A stretch of 20,324 bases of DNA, filler included, from Trichodelitschia bisporula (GCA_010356995.1; 11 parts of 11 records of this genome joined end to end with filler, not necessarily neighbours in it), one strand, 5' to 3'; counted from the first letter of the whole stretch, positions 8,359-18,789 are shown. The notes: generated by a model not told the origin, from the sequence alone. Numbers and translations: made by a program.

Positions 8359-9555
8359 ATGGCGGCTCAGCAAGTCCGAAAGACGCCGATCGTGCTTGCA
8401 AGCCATGCCGACTGGGATGACTGGCTTGAAGTCATCAAGACCAAAGCAATTTCAGGAGACATTTGGGACTATGTGAACCCGGCAACGCCAGCGAGCTTGA
8501 TACCGATCCTCAGAGAACCCGAAGTCCCGATGCCCAGCACCGTCAATCCTCAGAAGACCAGCCTTGCACAGCTTGATGCAGACGAGAAGGAAGAGCTGAA
8601 ATTCCTTCGTTCGCAGCACAAGAGGCATTTGACGGAATACGACCGCAAGAAAGCCGCTCTAGGGAGCATTCGTGTCTTCATTCAAGAGACGATTTCCAGA
8701 GGCTTTCTGACGTACACATTCAACTGCAACAGCGCTTACGACATGCTCTTAGCGCTAAAGCAACGAGTCGCACCGTCCGATCGAGCACGAAAGATTGAGA
8801 TGAGTAACCTCTATCAGCAGCTCAAGAAACGGCCAAGAAGCGAAGCAATCGATACCTGGCTCAATCGCTGGGAAGAAGCCTACACGAAATGCCGAGACCT
8901 CAACCTGCCCGAGGTTTCAGATGACAATCCGCTTCATGATTTTTTGGATGCCGTCTCTGATCTAGCACCGCAGTTTTCAGGATTCTGGAAGAACAACCTG
9001 CAGCTTCTGCAATACCAAGGACAGCCTGTACCGGACATCTTCCAAATCATCGAATACTTCCGAAATGACCAGCGAATCTCCAAGGCCCAGGCCAAGGCAG
9101 CGTCGCACAACGCTTTCCCAGCGAGTTTCCAGGGACAGGAACTCACCCAAACGATCAAGCATGAGCATGGGAAAGATGACAGGAAGAAGGCATGCGTATG
9201 CGGCGAAGATCATAGGTTCAGGCAATGTCCGTATCTCATCGAGACGGTACGGAACAAGAAGAAGAACTGGCAGCCGAACCCAGAGGTACAACGCCAGATT
9301 GACGAGAAGCTGAAGAACCCACGGCTTCGTGAAATCATCGAGAGGATACAGAAGCAAGAGAAGGAAAAGGCTCCGAGGGACAACCTGCAAACGGCCGGCT
9401 TTGAGAAAGCCTATGCGACCGCCGACTCCCATTTGCATGACAGCTTCATCCTCGACTCAGGAGCGACCACCCACGTTTGCAACTCTCTCTCTCGATTCGT
9501 GGAATACAGACCTTCCACTTCGGAACGCCAATTCCTAGCTGCTGGCACGCAACAT
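8359..9555 (+). CDS. Ty1/copia gag-protease, 3'-partial
   Basis: ATG at 8359. LASHADWDDW gag N-terminus, variant knuckle CVCGEDHRFRQCPY, canonical protease FILDSGATTHVCN. Open to the contig end. Confidence 0.93.
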
Positions 9556-9657
9556 NNNNNNNNNNNNNNNNNNNNNNNNNNNNNNNNNNNNNNNNNNNNT
9601 TAATTAATTAANNNNNNNNNNNNNNNNNNNNNNNNNNNNNNNNNNNNNNNNNNNNAA

Positions 9658-11424
9658 GATACCAGGACCGAGCTGCTACGAGAAATTTCTGACTGGGCCG
9701 AGGATCCTCACGGCAAGTTCATATTCTGGCTGAATGGCGTTGCCGGTACTGGAAAGTCCACCATTTCTCGCACGGTTGCTCGGACTTTCGAGGGAAAGGG
9801 ACAGCTTGGGGCAAGTTTCTTCTTCAAGCGAGGCGAAGGCGACCGCGGCAATGTGTCCAAGTTTTTCACCACTATCGCCTCTCAGCTTGCGATCAAGCGG
9901 CCCCAAGTGGCACCATTCATTGCGCGGACCATTGGCAATGACCCCACCATCGTCAACAAGTGTTCACACGAACAGTTTCAAAAACTCATTATTCAGCCGT
10001 TGAAAGAGGCTCCCTTACACTCCTCGCCTCTGATCGTGGTGATTGACGCGTTGGACGAGTGTGAGCAGGAGCAGGACGTGAGGAGTCTCATTCGGATCCT
10101 AGAACAGGGGAAGGACGTGACTTCAGTCCAACTCCGGATATTCGTAACCAGCCGGCCGGAGCTCCCGATTCGTCTTGGGTTCATCAAAATGTCAAAAGAA
10201 ACACATCATGACGTTGTCCTCCACGAAATCCAGCAAGGCACAATCAGGCGTGATCTTGCCTTGTACCTGCATCACGAGCTTGCCATGATACGAAGGGAAC
10301 ACAATCTCCTCGGCCGTACCCAGTTGCCGTCGAACTGGCCAGGAGATGAAACGATCCAAAAGCTGGTTGAGATGGCGATCCCGTTGTTCATCTTCGCTGC
10401 TACGGTGTGTCGTTTCATCGCCGATACAACATGGAATCCCAAGAAGACTCTTGCCGCTGTCCTGGAGCACCAGCATGAGGAATCCAACCTTGAGAAGACA
10501 TATCTCCCGATTTTGCACCAGCAGATTGCCGGTCAAACCAGGAAGAGGACCAAAGATAGGCTTGTGGCAGAGTTTCGTGAGATTGTTGGCACCATCATCA
10601 CTCTTGCTACTCCACTCTCCATTATGTCGATTGCTGAACTCCTTAGAGTTCCAGAAGACGACGTCGAGATCAGATTGGACTCGCTACACTCCGTCCTCAG
10701 TATCCCGGTGGACAAAGAGAAGCCGGTTAGACTCCTGCATCTTTCTTTTCACGACTTCCTTGTGGACACCGAAAAAGTTGCCGGTGAATTTTGGGTGGAT
10801 GAGCACGAAATGCATGGAAAGGTTGCCATCAAATGTCTCGAACTAATGTCCCAACCCGATCGCCTTAAGCAGGATATGTGCATGGTCCAGGCCCCTGGAA
10901 CGCTTCGCGAGGACATCGACAACCAGACGATAGGAATTGCTCTGCCACCCGAAGTCCAGTATGCCTGCCAGTACTGGGTACACCATCTCAAGAAGAGCAA
11001 AAAACCTTTGCCCTACCAAGGCGCAGTGCAAGTCTTCCTGGAGAAGCATTTTTTGCATTGGCTCGAAGCCATGAGCCTCATTGAGAGAACGGCAGAGTCC
11101 GTTGATGCAGTTCGCACACTGCGGTCGCTTTTCTCGGTATGAGAGCCGCAAAATTTTGCTCGCAAGTTCGCTAACACAATAGACCAAGAGCGGCAAAAAT
11201 AGCGACCTCCAGAGTTTTCTTTTGGATGCAGAAAGTTTTCTCCTAAAGAACTGGGGGATCATCGAGCATGCGCCGCTCCAAACTTACATTTCCGCCCTTA
11301 CCTTTGCTCCGGAGAGGAGTGTCATTCGAAGGCAATTTCACACGCAGAAGCCCCGCTGGGTACGCCTGCAACCTAAAGTGCAAGACTGGGATGCGTTTTT
11401 GCAGACGCTCGAGGGCCATTCGGA
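9658..11424 (+). CDS. NACHT-WD40 fungal NLR (HET-E/NWD-like), partial at both ends; exons 9658-11136 and 11183-11424
   Basis: TRTELLREI..W, Walker A IFWLNGVAGTGKST, ASFFFKRG, Walker B IVVIDALDEC, VTSRPE, PLFIFAAT, LHLSFHDFL, YACQYWVHHL, HFLHWLEAMS. 46-nt intron GTATGA...GCTAAC...TAG (11137-11182) keeps the frame. Then APLQTYISALTFAP...LQTLEGHS, the start of the first WD40 repeat. Confidence 0.95.
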
Positions 11425-11524
11425 NNNNNNNNNNNNNNNNNNNNNNNNNNNNNNNNNNNNNNNNNNNNTTAATTAATTAANNNNNNNNNNNNNNNNNNNN
11501 NNNNNNNNNNNNNNNNNNNNNNNN

Positions 11525-11923
11525 GTCACCTGGACGTCGAAACGTCAAGCAACAGTGGCTCTGTCGACAACCGAAGCAGAATACATGGCACTTTGCCAAG
11601 CCGCTCGAGAAGCAGCATGGCTACGACAATTGCTCGCAGGACTCGGATTTCGCAAGAGCAAGGAGCCAGTCACGATTCACGTTGACAACAAAAGCGCCAT
11701 AGCCCTTGGAAAGAATCCAGAATTCCACAAGCGAAGCAAGCACATCGACGTTCAGTACCACTTTGTACAACAGCAGGTACGAGACGGACGAGTGACGACC
11801 CCTTACCTACCAACAGCCGAAATGGTCGCAGATGGATTGACGAAAGCACTGAGTCCAGAGCTTCACCAACGATTAATCAAACACTGCAGACTCAACCCAC
11901 AGGTCATCGAACGAGGGTATTAG
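11525..11923 (+). CDS. Copia family A RNase H C-terminus (5'-partial)
   Basis: VTWTSKRQATVALSTTEAEY...VDNKSAI...SKHIDVQYHF...ADGLTK. Followed by PPT GAGAGGGAG (12045-12053) and LTR A. Confidence 0.94.
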   Translation, partial: VTWTSKRQATVALSTTEAEYMALCQAAREAAWLRQLLAGLGFRKSKEPVTIHVDNKSAIALGKNPEFHKRSKHIDVQYHFVQQQVRDGRVTTPYLPTAEMVADGLTKALSPELHQRLIKHCRLNPQVIERGY

Positions 11924-12053
11924 GCCGATTGCCTTGGAGGAAGGAGGTACAAGAATGTGTTGAGTTTTTATTACTTGTTTGATCTTTGACTACAGTTTGG
12001 CAGCGATCAGGACTATCTCGCGAGGTTCTTGTGCTTGCAAGTCTGAGAGGGAG

Positions 12054-12487
12054 TGTCGGCATACCCGATGTCGTGTTACCCGGAAATGCAGGCTTGGCAC
12101 GGCGAACACCGAAGTGACGAAGATGGACGACGCCGAAGTCCGATGAAGTTCAGGAACATCCTGGAGATGTCGGCATACCCGATGTCGTGTTACCCGGAAA
12201 GGCAGGCTTGGCACGGCGGACACCGAAGGGGCGAAGATGGACGACGCCGGAAGTCCGATGAAGTTCAGGAACATCCTGGAGACCCATCACGGATATATAC
12301 TGTTCATTCTGTAAACTAGAGAAGGCAACAAGCTAGGCAATCAATCTTTTCTCACACAATTCTTTGAGCACTTCCGCCAAAAGGAGAACCATCACGGATA
12401 TATACTGTTCATTCTGTAAACTAGAGAAGGTAACAAGCTGGGCAATCAATCTTTTCTCACACAATTCTTTGAGCACTTCCGCCAACA
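12054..12487 (+). mobile_element. 3' LTR of family A, split in two (12054-12167 and 12388-12487) by a nested solo LTR
   Basis: The two halves sum to 214 bp and reconstitute the LTR seen at 2434-2690 with one repeat unit. TGTCGGC start, GCCAACA end. Confidence 0.93.
12168..12382 (+). mobile_element. Solo LTR of family A (215 bp) with 5-bp TSD GGAGA
   Basis: Complete LTR TGTCGGC...GCCAAAA (terminal CA changed to AA), flanked by GGAGA at 12163-12167 and 12383-12387. Confidence 0.92.
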
Positions 12488-12820
12488 ACGCAATGGGTAA
12501 ACGCTTCTGGCATTCTTTCCCCTCGTTTTTCCCACATGGTTTTTGAGGTTTTAATGAGGCCAGACACTGCCAACCCCTTCTTGTTTTTGTCTCTCTTGGA
12601 GTTTATTCCATCCCGGGACATGGGAGGCAGTGGGAGCTCACTGTTGGTGCACTTCCATCCACCTCGGTTTGAGTGGGAGTGCTGAATTTGTGGCGGCAAC
12701 CTGGGGTGGCTGGAGCGGAGCCAGGAGACAGGGATCGTCTCCTGGCGAGGTATATAGTCAGCTCACTTCCCACTGCTAGTCGATCAAGCAACTCAGTCAA
12801 GTTCACACTTAATTTTAACA
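12488..12820 (+). mobile_element. 3' end of copia family B: 3' UTR, PPT GAGTGGGAG (12671-12679) and short LTR 12680-12820 (141 bp)
   Basis: 12490-12719 matches 14644-14873 (10 mismatches in 230 nt by eye), which follows an RNase H. LTR TGCTGAAT...TTTTAACA with TATATA at 12751. Confidence 0.88.
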
Positions 12821-13278
12821 GAATGCGAGAACCAGCAGGAGTATTATAGGATCAAAGATGAGCTCCTCTGTCTCGGTAAGAATGTGGGTGGTTCTTGTAG
12901 AAGATTATCAGCATGCAAATGCCAAACTGAAGTTATTTACGGTCTGGGATTTCGCTCGTATCCTTTGTGAAAGATAAGGTTGATTTCCAGAACCAGCTTT
13001 TGTCTCATCCGTTCGGAATCACGGACTAAGGAGAGCCTGACATGCTCATAACGAAGAACTTTGGGTAATTCCCCATGACCTTGTTTGGCATACACCGGCT
13101 CTAGCAATGCCGCTGGCCTTGTTGTCGTAGCCATCGAAATCAGTATAACCAAGGTGACTTGGACTCGTAACGTCTCGTTGGTATACTGCAGTCTGTCCCA
13201 TTTCCAAAGGTGGTTGAGAAGGATGGCCATATCGGCAAAGCTTAGGACAGGCTTCGGCTGCCGTTCTCTACTGAGTCC
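12821..13278 (-). pseudogene. DUF3435 tyrosine recombinase (Starship captain-like) fragment, exons 13278-12941 and 12893-12821, interrupted by copia B
   Basis: GLSRERQPKPVLSFADMAILLNHLWKWD...TLRVQVTLVILISMATTTRPAALL...LRYEHVRLSLVRD...LVLEINLIFHKG...RP, then a 47-nt intron (GTAAAT...GCTGAT...AAG), then TTHILTETEELIFDPIILLLVLAF, cut at the LTR. The pattern KP..D...lW..D..RvQ..T..RP.aL..KG..E...L.fdPi..LLalAf fits DUF3435 as I recall it. Confidence 0.82.
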
Positions 13279-13381
13279 ANNNNNNNNNNNNNNNNNNNNN
13301 NNNNNNNNNNNNNNNNNNNNNNNTTAATTAATTAANNNNNNNNNNNNNNNNNNNNNNNNNNNNNNNNNNNNNNNNNNNNAG

Positions 13382-14653
13382 CCGACTGCCCGAGAGCAGC
13401 ACGAACAAAACGGAGTTGCGGAAGTCTTCAACCGCATTCTCCTTGAAAAACTCCGGCCGACGCTCATCCAGTCTGGTTTAGACTGGAAATGGTAGCCAGA
13501 GATTCTTCGCTCCATTGTCGTGATCCGCAACGGGCTCTACAGCCCTCGGATCAACAAAATGCCCTACGAGGCATGGTTTGGCGAGAAGCCGAACATCGGT
13601 TGGATCCGGACGCTTGGGTGTGACTGCTACGTCGCGAAGACGCAGCGCCACAAGCAGAAAATTGGATCCGACATGACTGAGTGGTGCAAGCTCGTTGGCT
13701 TTGACGGATCGAAGAACTACAGACTTTTGAACGCGAATGGCAACCTCATTCGGTCAGCAGATGCTGTCTTCAGAGAATCTCGACCGCATATCCCAGAGCC
13801 GCCACGGAGCCAAGAGCTGAGGGAATCTGCATCACCTCATGCAGGAACCGAGCTGCCTCCTCCAGCGGGAGCAAAGCGATCGGCTCCAGAGCCAAGGGCA
13901 GAGCGACCAAAGCGTCTCAGAGTCTCTGACGCTGCTCAGCCCGCCTCTGCAGGGGGAGAGGATCATCCCCTGCGGGCTGATCTGCATTGGCGTCCCGAGC
14001 AGCGGCCGAAGCACTGCACACCTGTTCAAGTCGACGCGCCCCGGAGCGGCTCGGATGCCGACACCCCAGGAGACGCCTCAACGGACCTTTCAGAGCAGAT
14101 CGACTCGCAATCCGATGGCCATCAGTCAGAAGCCGGAAGCAGCTCCACCTTGTCAAACATCAACTTGCAGTCAACAGACTTGGCAGACGAGGAAACTGCC
14201 GAACCACGCACAGAACCCCGACTCCCGGTGCGTGAGAACAGGGGGCGTCAGCGTGGTGCGGGATACCTCAGAAAATACGCCTTCCTTGTTGCGTTGATTG
14301 GTGCCGCCTCCCACAGTTCCGAGCCGTTCGAGCCACGGGATTTCCAGCAAGCAAAGGCCAATGAGGTCCACTGGCCCAGATGACTGAACGGCATGAAGTC
14401 GGAAGGCAAATCGCTCCAAGGCGCCATCTCGCTGGCAAAGAACCCCCAATTTCACGCCAGATCGAAGCACATCACCATCCAGCACCACTTTGTACGCGAG
14501 AAGCAGGCAGAGGGGGTCATCGACATGCGGTACATCTCGACGAAGGAGCAGATCGCCGACGGACTCACCAAGGCCTTGCCAAAGGATCGCTTTCTGGTTT
14601 TTCAGGAAAGCCTTGGGGCTGGAGTGTCGCTTTGGGCGGGAAAGCAATGGGTA
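13382..14653 (+). pseudogene. Defective copia family B pol: integrase core end, linker, then RNase H C-terminus with RT deleted
   Basis: EQNGVAEVFNR...KMPYEAWFGEKP...LVGFDG. Stops TAG 13493-13495 and TGA 14381-14383 fall at expected Trp positions. EPRDFQQA...GMKSEGKSL is joined directly to QGAISLAKNPQFHARSKHI...ADGLTK. Confidence 0.9.
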
Positions 14654-14824
14654 AACGCTTCTGGCACTCTTTTCCCTCGTTTTTCCCACAGGGTTTTTGA
14701 GGTTTTAATGAGGCCAGACACTGCCAACTCCTTCTTGTTTTTGTCTCCCTTGGAGTTTATTCCATCCCGGGACATGGGAAGCAGTGGGAGCTCACTGTTG
14801 GTGCACTTCCATCCACCTCAGTTT

Positions 14825-14873
14825 GAGTGGGAGTGTTGAATTTGTGGTGGCAACCTGGGGTGGCTGGAGTGGA
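14825..14873 (+). mobile_element. PPT and start of family B 3' LTR (TGTTGAAT at 14834)
   Basis: GAGTGGGAG then TG; matches 12671-12719. Confidence 0.85.
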
Positions 14874-14973
14874 NNNNNNNNNNNNNNNNNNNNNNNNNNN
14901 NNNNNNNNNNNNNNNNNTTAATTAATTAANNNNNNNNNNNNNNNNNNNNNNNNNNNNNNNNNNNNNNNNNNNN

Positions 14974-16447
14974 GTGAATGATCTTCCTGCAGTACTTGCG
15001 ATTGGATTGCAACGACGTGTTTGAGTAGCACGATCGCCTCGCCTATTCGCCCGTCTTCAAGGTATGCCGTCGCAAGTTCTTGCTCCGATCCTAGACGGTC
15101 TGAATGATCTTCCTGTAGCACTTTCCATCGGATTGCAACGACGTGTTTGAGTAGCTCGATCCCCCGGCCAGCTTGCCCGTCGCAGCTGTATGCGCTGGCC
15201 AGGTAATGCTCCGAATCAAGAGTTGCTGCATCATCTTCTCCGGAATTTTCTTTTCTCCATTTGAAAACTTGCTCATACCAGTATATACACTCCCGGCGTC
15301 TCCCATCCCACATAAAGAAGTGCCCAAGCAGCTTGCATAGGGTGTAATGGCTGGCCAAGTCTTCGCCCTGAGCAGATTGAGCAACTTTTAACGCGTGGGG
15401 CAGGTATTCTCGACCCATAGGGAAGTTGTCGTAGCTGTCCTGGGTATCTGGAAATACATCCGCAAGGTGCTCCACCGCCTCTTTCCTCGCCTCCTCTTTC
15501 AACAGGGGATGCTTGTCAAGCCAAATCTTGGTCGCCTTTTGCACGAGTCTGTGCATGTCGTACGTGTTGTCGTCCCGTTTGGTGAAGAAAGCGTATCCAA
15601 GAAGGGTACCAATGGCGCTCACCAAGCGTGCTTTCGTCGGCACTGGAGGCAGGATCGACCTAGGAATCGCCTTTGGCTCGATGTAAGACACGAAGGCAAG
15701 GAGGTTGGCAGCTGTCTGATCTGTCTGGCGGATTTGTTCGAAGGAGACGCTCCATGTGTTTGCAATGGCGTTCGAAGCACTCTGGGGTCGCGTACGGTCG
15801 GTGAACTCGGCGCTCATGAGATCGGCCATGTCTTGGTCGGTATTCCGCAGGAGCTGCAGATATTCGGAAATGGACATCGAGTTTCTCGCAATGTAGGCTG
15901 CTGCTTGTGCAATCGCCAAAGGAATGAACTCCAGTTCGGTCAAGAGCTTGTCTGTAATCGAAGCGTCGTAGAGTAACTTCTCTGACAAGGACTTTCGGAG
16001 AAAATCGAGCTAGTCTTCCTTGTTCATTTGGTTCAGTTGAATGATTTCGCTACATCCCAGCTCCGTTGCGATATGTCGAAAGCGCGTCGTGCAAACCACC
16101 TGGCCGTTCGGACTTTTCGGGAGAAAATGGACAAGATGCATGGACTGATCGGGGGACGGAGAAAATATATTCGCGTTGTCGACGTTATCAACAATCAAAA
16201 GCCAGCGCCCTGCCGTTTCGCTACTTAGATACTCCTTCACCAAATTCTTTACGTCCTTGTCCTTGTTTTGATCGGAAAGGAGAGACAGCTTGCTTGCGAT
16301 ATGGGAGCAGTCTTGGGTAAATGTTGCCTCGCTCACGGCGGAAATCCAAAACACGGAGCACTGGGGATCATTCTCTTTCACCCAGTAAGCGAACTGCAAG
16401 GCGATTTGCGTCTTTCCAGTGCCGCCGAGACCGTGAACTACCAGCAT
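14974..16447 (-). pseudogene. NB-ARC/P-loop + TPR fungal NLR, partial, with in-frame TAG at 16012-16010
   Basis: Walker A HGLGGTGKTQIA, VFWISA, Walker B WLLIVDNVD, VCTTR, LEFIPLAIAQAAAYI, TWSVSFEQI, YDMHRLVQ, YLPHA, then 42-aa TPRs (126-nt period, 14975 vs 15101). The two track ORFs are in one frame separated by a single stop (NKED*LDFLRKSL). Confidence 0.9.
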
Positions 16448-16862
16448 TNNNNNNNNNNNNNNNNNNNNNNNNNNNNNNNNNNNNNNNNNNNNTTAATTAA
16501 TTAANNNNNNNNNNNNNNNNNNNNNNNNNNNNNNNNNNNNNNNNNNNNCCGCGCACGCTATCTTCGCGTTGCCCATATTTAAAGGCCTGGAAGACATCAA
16601 CTGTTCATCAGTTTTTTCTCCAGAAGCCTGACAACCACATCAAGACACTTGAATGTTGGTGTTAGCCATCTCTAATCTGTCCGTGCGAGTCAAAAAGGAC
16701 TCGAAGTCAGATCCCCACTTCTACTTGCCCCTTGCCTCTCTACTCCAATTCCCTCACCGGAGGTAACTCCTCCAAGCCGAACCCTTCTTCCTCCTCCATC
16801 AATTCGCTTCACCTTTCTTCGCGCTTGCCTCACCGCCGCTCCGCATCCTCAACCCTGTCACC

Positions 16863-17803
16863 ATGACTACGGGATCGCGCGGCAGTATGATTGTCAGCTT
16901 TGACAACATCAAACTGCTCGAGCATCCGGACGACTGGATTCAGTGGGAGAAGGAGATGAAGCAGACGCTCAAAGCTGCTAGATACAACGACCTCCTCTCC
17001 CGAAACCGGACAACGCCTACGATCGAAGACGGAGAAACGGTCAAAGACTTTCGAGACCGCTTGACAACCTGGAAGGACAAGCAAGAGCAGGCCGTTGCCA
17101 TCGTTGAAAAACGCTGTGGGCCAGATGCGGAGAAACACATTGCATCTCTTTCTCAGTCCGACGACGCCTTTCCCACAGTTGAAGAAGTCTTTGCTACTCT
17201 TGAGCGGCACTACAAGCCTAGCGGGAGCGCCTACTTCAGGGACCTTGATCGCCAATATCAGGAGCTGAGGCTGGCCGACTGCAAAGACGTCACCGATTTT
17301 GCACAGCGGCTCAGTCACGCATATCACGAGCTCGTTGCCCTTGACGCCTCCGTTGAACTGAGCGAACACTTCCTTGTTAACAAGTTCCTCAACGGCCTCG
17401 GCGAAGATTACGACAATTTTATCACAGCCTTCGAACAAAACCACTGCCTCCTCCCGCTGCGAAACGCGGAGAAAGTCATCACCACGGCAGCAGTGTCCTT
17501 CAGTACCGTCCGCAAGGCCGTCCAAGAAGAGGAGCACAAGAAGAAAGTGAGAAGGGAAGAGTCCACAGCATTTCTGTCCAGAGCGAAGCCTCCAAGACCA
17601 TCCATTCGAAGAAAGGAGTGCACCGACTGTGGGCGTCTAGGCCACATGAAGGAAGAATGCTGGGAGACGCACCCTGAGCTCAAGAAGGCGCACGACATCA
17701 AGAGGAAAAGGAAGAAGGGAAAAGAGGCGGAGAGAGGAACGGACAAGAGGGCAAGATTTGAGGGTGGGGACGAAGGCGAGGAAGATAGAAGAAAGTCGGT
17801 GAT
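16863..17803 (+). CDS. Ty1/copia gag, 3'-partial (family link unknown)
   Basis: KLLEHPDDWIQW gag N-terminus, LRLADCKDVTDF, KFLNGLGEDYDNF, canonical CCHC CTDCGRLGHMKEECWETHP, basic tail. Confidence 0.88.
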
Positions 17804-18305
17804 NNNNNNNNNNNNNNNNNNNNNNNNNNNNNNNNNNNNNNNNNNNNTTAATTAATTAANNNNNNNNNNNNNNNNNNNNNNNNNNNNNNNNNNNNNNNNN
17901 NNNAGGCGCTCATTGCGAGGCTGTCAGGGGCGTGCAAAAGTGTGGAAGTCACGATGGGTATGATGCAGGCATGAACAAGTTACTTCCACAAAGATCTATC
18001 TGAAGGGCGAGCCGCCAGACTCTTGAGCAGATCGCGCTGCCGTCTGCCTAAGGCATGGCGGGGTGCGGGAAGGCTGGCGTGACGTGGCAGCAGCCGCGGG
18101 GGAAGATCGTGGGGAGCCAATGAGGTTAAGGCCCGGCATTGGTCTCCCACGACAGAGGCCGACAGATAATGTCAGGGCCCAGCTAGGCTCACGGGTGGAA
18201 TTCAATTGGCATGGCCAAACAAACAATACTTCTATGAAGAATCTATGTAAAGTGGAGGAGGAGCAAACCTAAGTGATGGGTGGTGGTCTAGGCGTCGAGA
18301 CCCTT

Positions 18306-18319
18306 TGGTCACGTGACCA
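18306..18319. promoter_or_regulatory. Perfect 14-bp palindrome TGGTCACGTGACCA containing a Cbf1/bHLH-type GTCACGTG box
   Basis: Palindrome seen directly; function is inferred only. Confidence 0.35.
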
Positions 18320-18789
18320 GGAATGGTCTGTGGTTCCTGGAGGACGAGTGACCAGTGTTGGCAAGCATTAGTCTTACCTCCTTGTTATGGGAGTTGTCCC
18401 AACTAGGTTGGGCTCGTCCCATGACTGATAACTAAATTGGGAGCAGCATTTTGCCGTGGAAATGGGTGAGTGCAGAAGGCATTGCTTTGGCGGGTGCGAC
18501 TTGGTCTAATAAACTGAGCGGTGCTGTCGCGTCGACGGATGGCAGCGAGCTAAACGATCGATCTAGATTAGAACGAAAATGAGCAAGTCCAAATGAGGGT
18601 TACCGAGCCTACAGCGATGGCGCAGCGATGGCCCGTGAGCCATATGGGATCAACTAATTCACGAGCTTGGGTTCGTCAACAGAAACGCGGATTGCGATGA
18701 AGCGTTCTGCGGACTAAAGACCGAATCCTTGGCATCCAACCGCCCTGCCTCAAGCGACAACAAAATGCAGAAATCAAGAGAAACGGAGC

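Noticed and set aside
5762..9555. pol-before-gag arrangement or tandem elements sharing an LTR
   Set aside because: A spacer separates the two contigs. They are probably the 3' and 5' parts of one family placed by length.
14610..14839. C-terminal extension of RNase H ORF (AGVSLWAGKQW...)
   Set aside because: Likely readthrough into the 3' UTR from a 1-nt frameshift in the GGGG run near 14615. The shifted frame gives LGLECRFGRESNG* as a plausible native end.
9656..16448. Captain + NACHT-WD40 + NB-ARC-TPR as one Starship with NLR cargo
   Set aside because: Tempting because Starships often carry NLRs, but the genes are on separate contigs ordered by size, so adjacency here carries no linkage information.
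16549..16862. LTR/PBS upstream of the third gag
   Set aside because: No TG..CA boundary or PBS motif is visible; the contig probably begins inside the leader.
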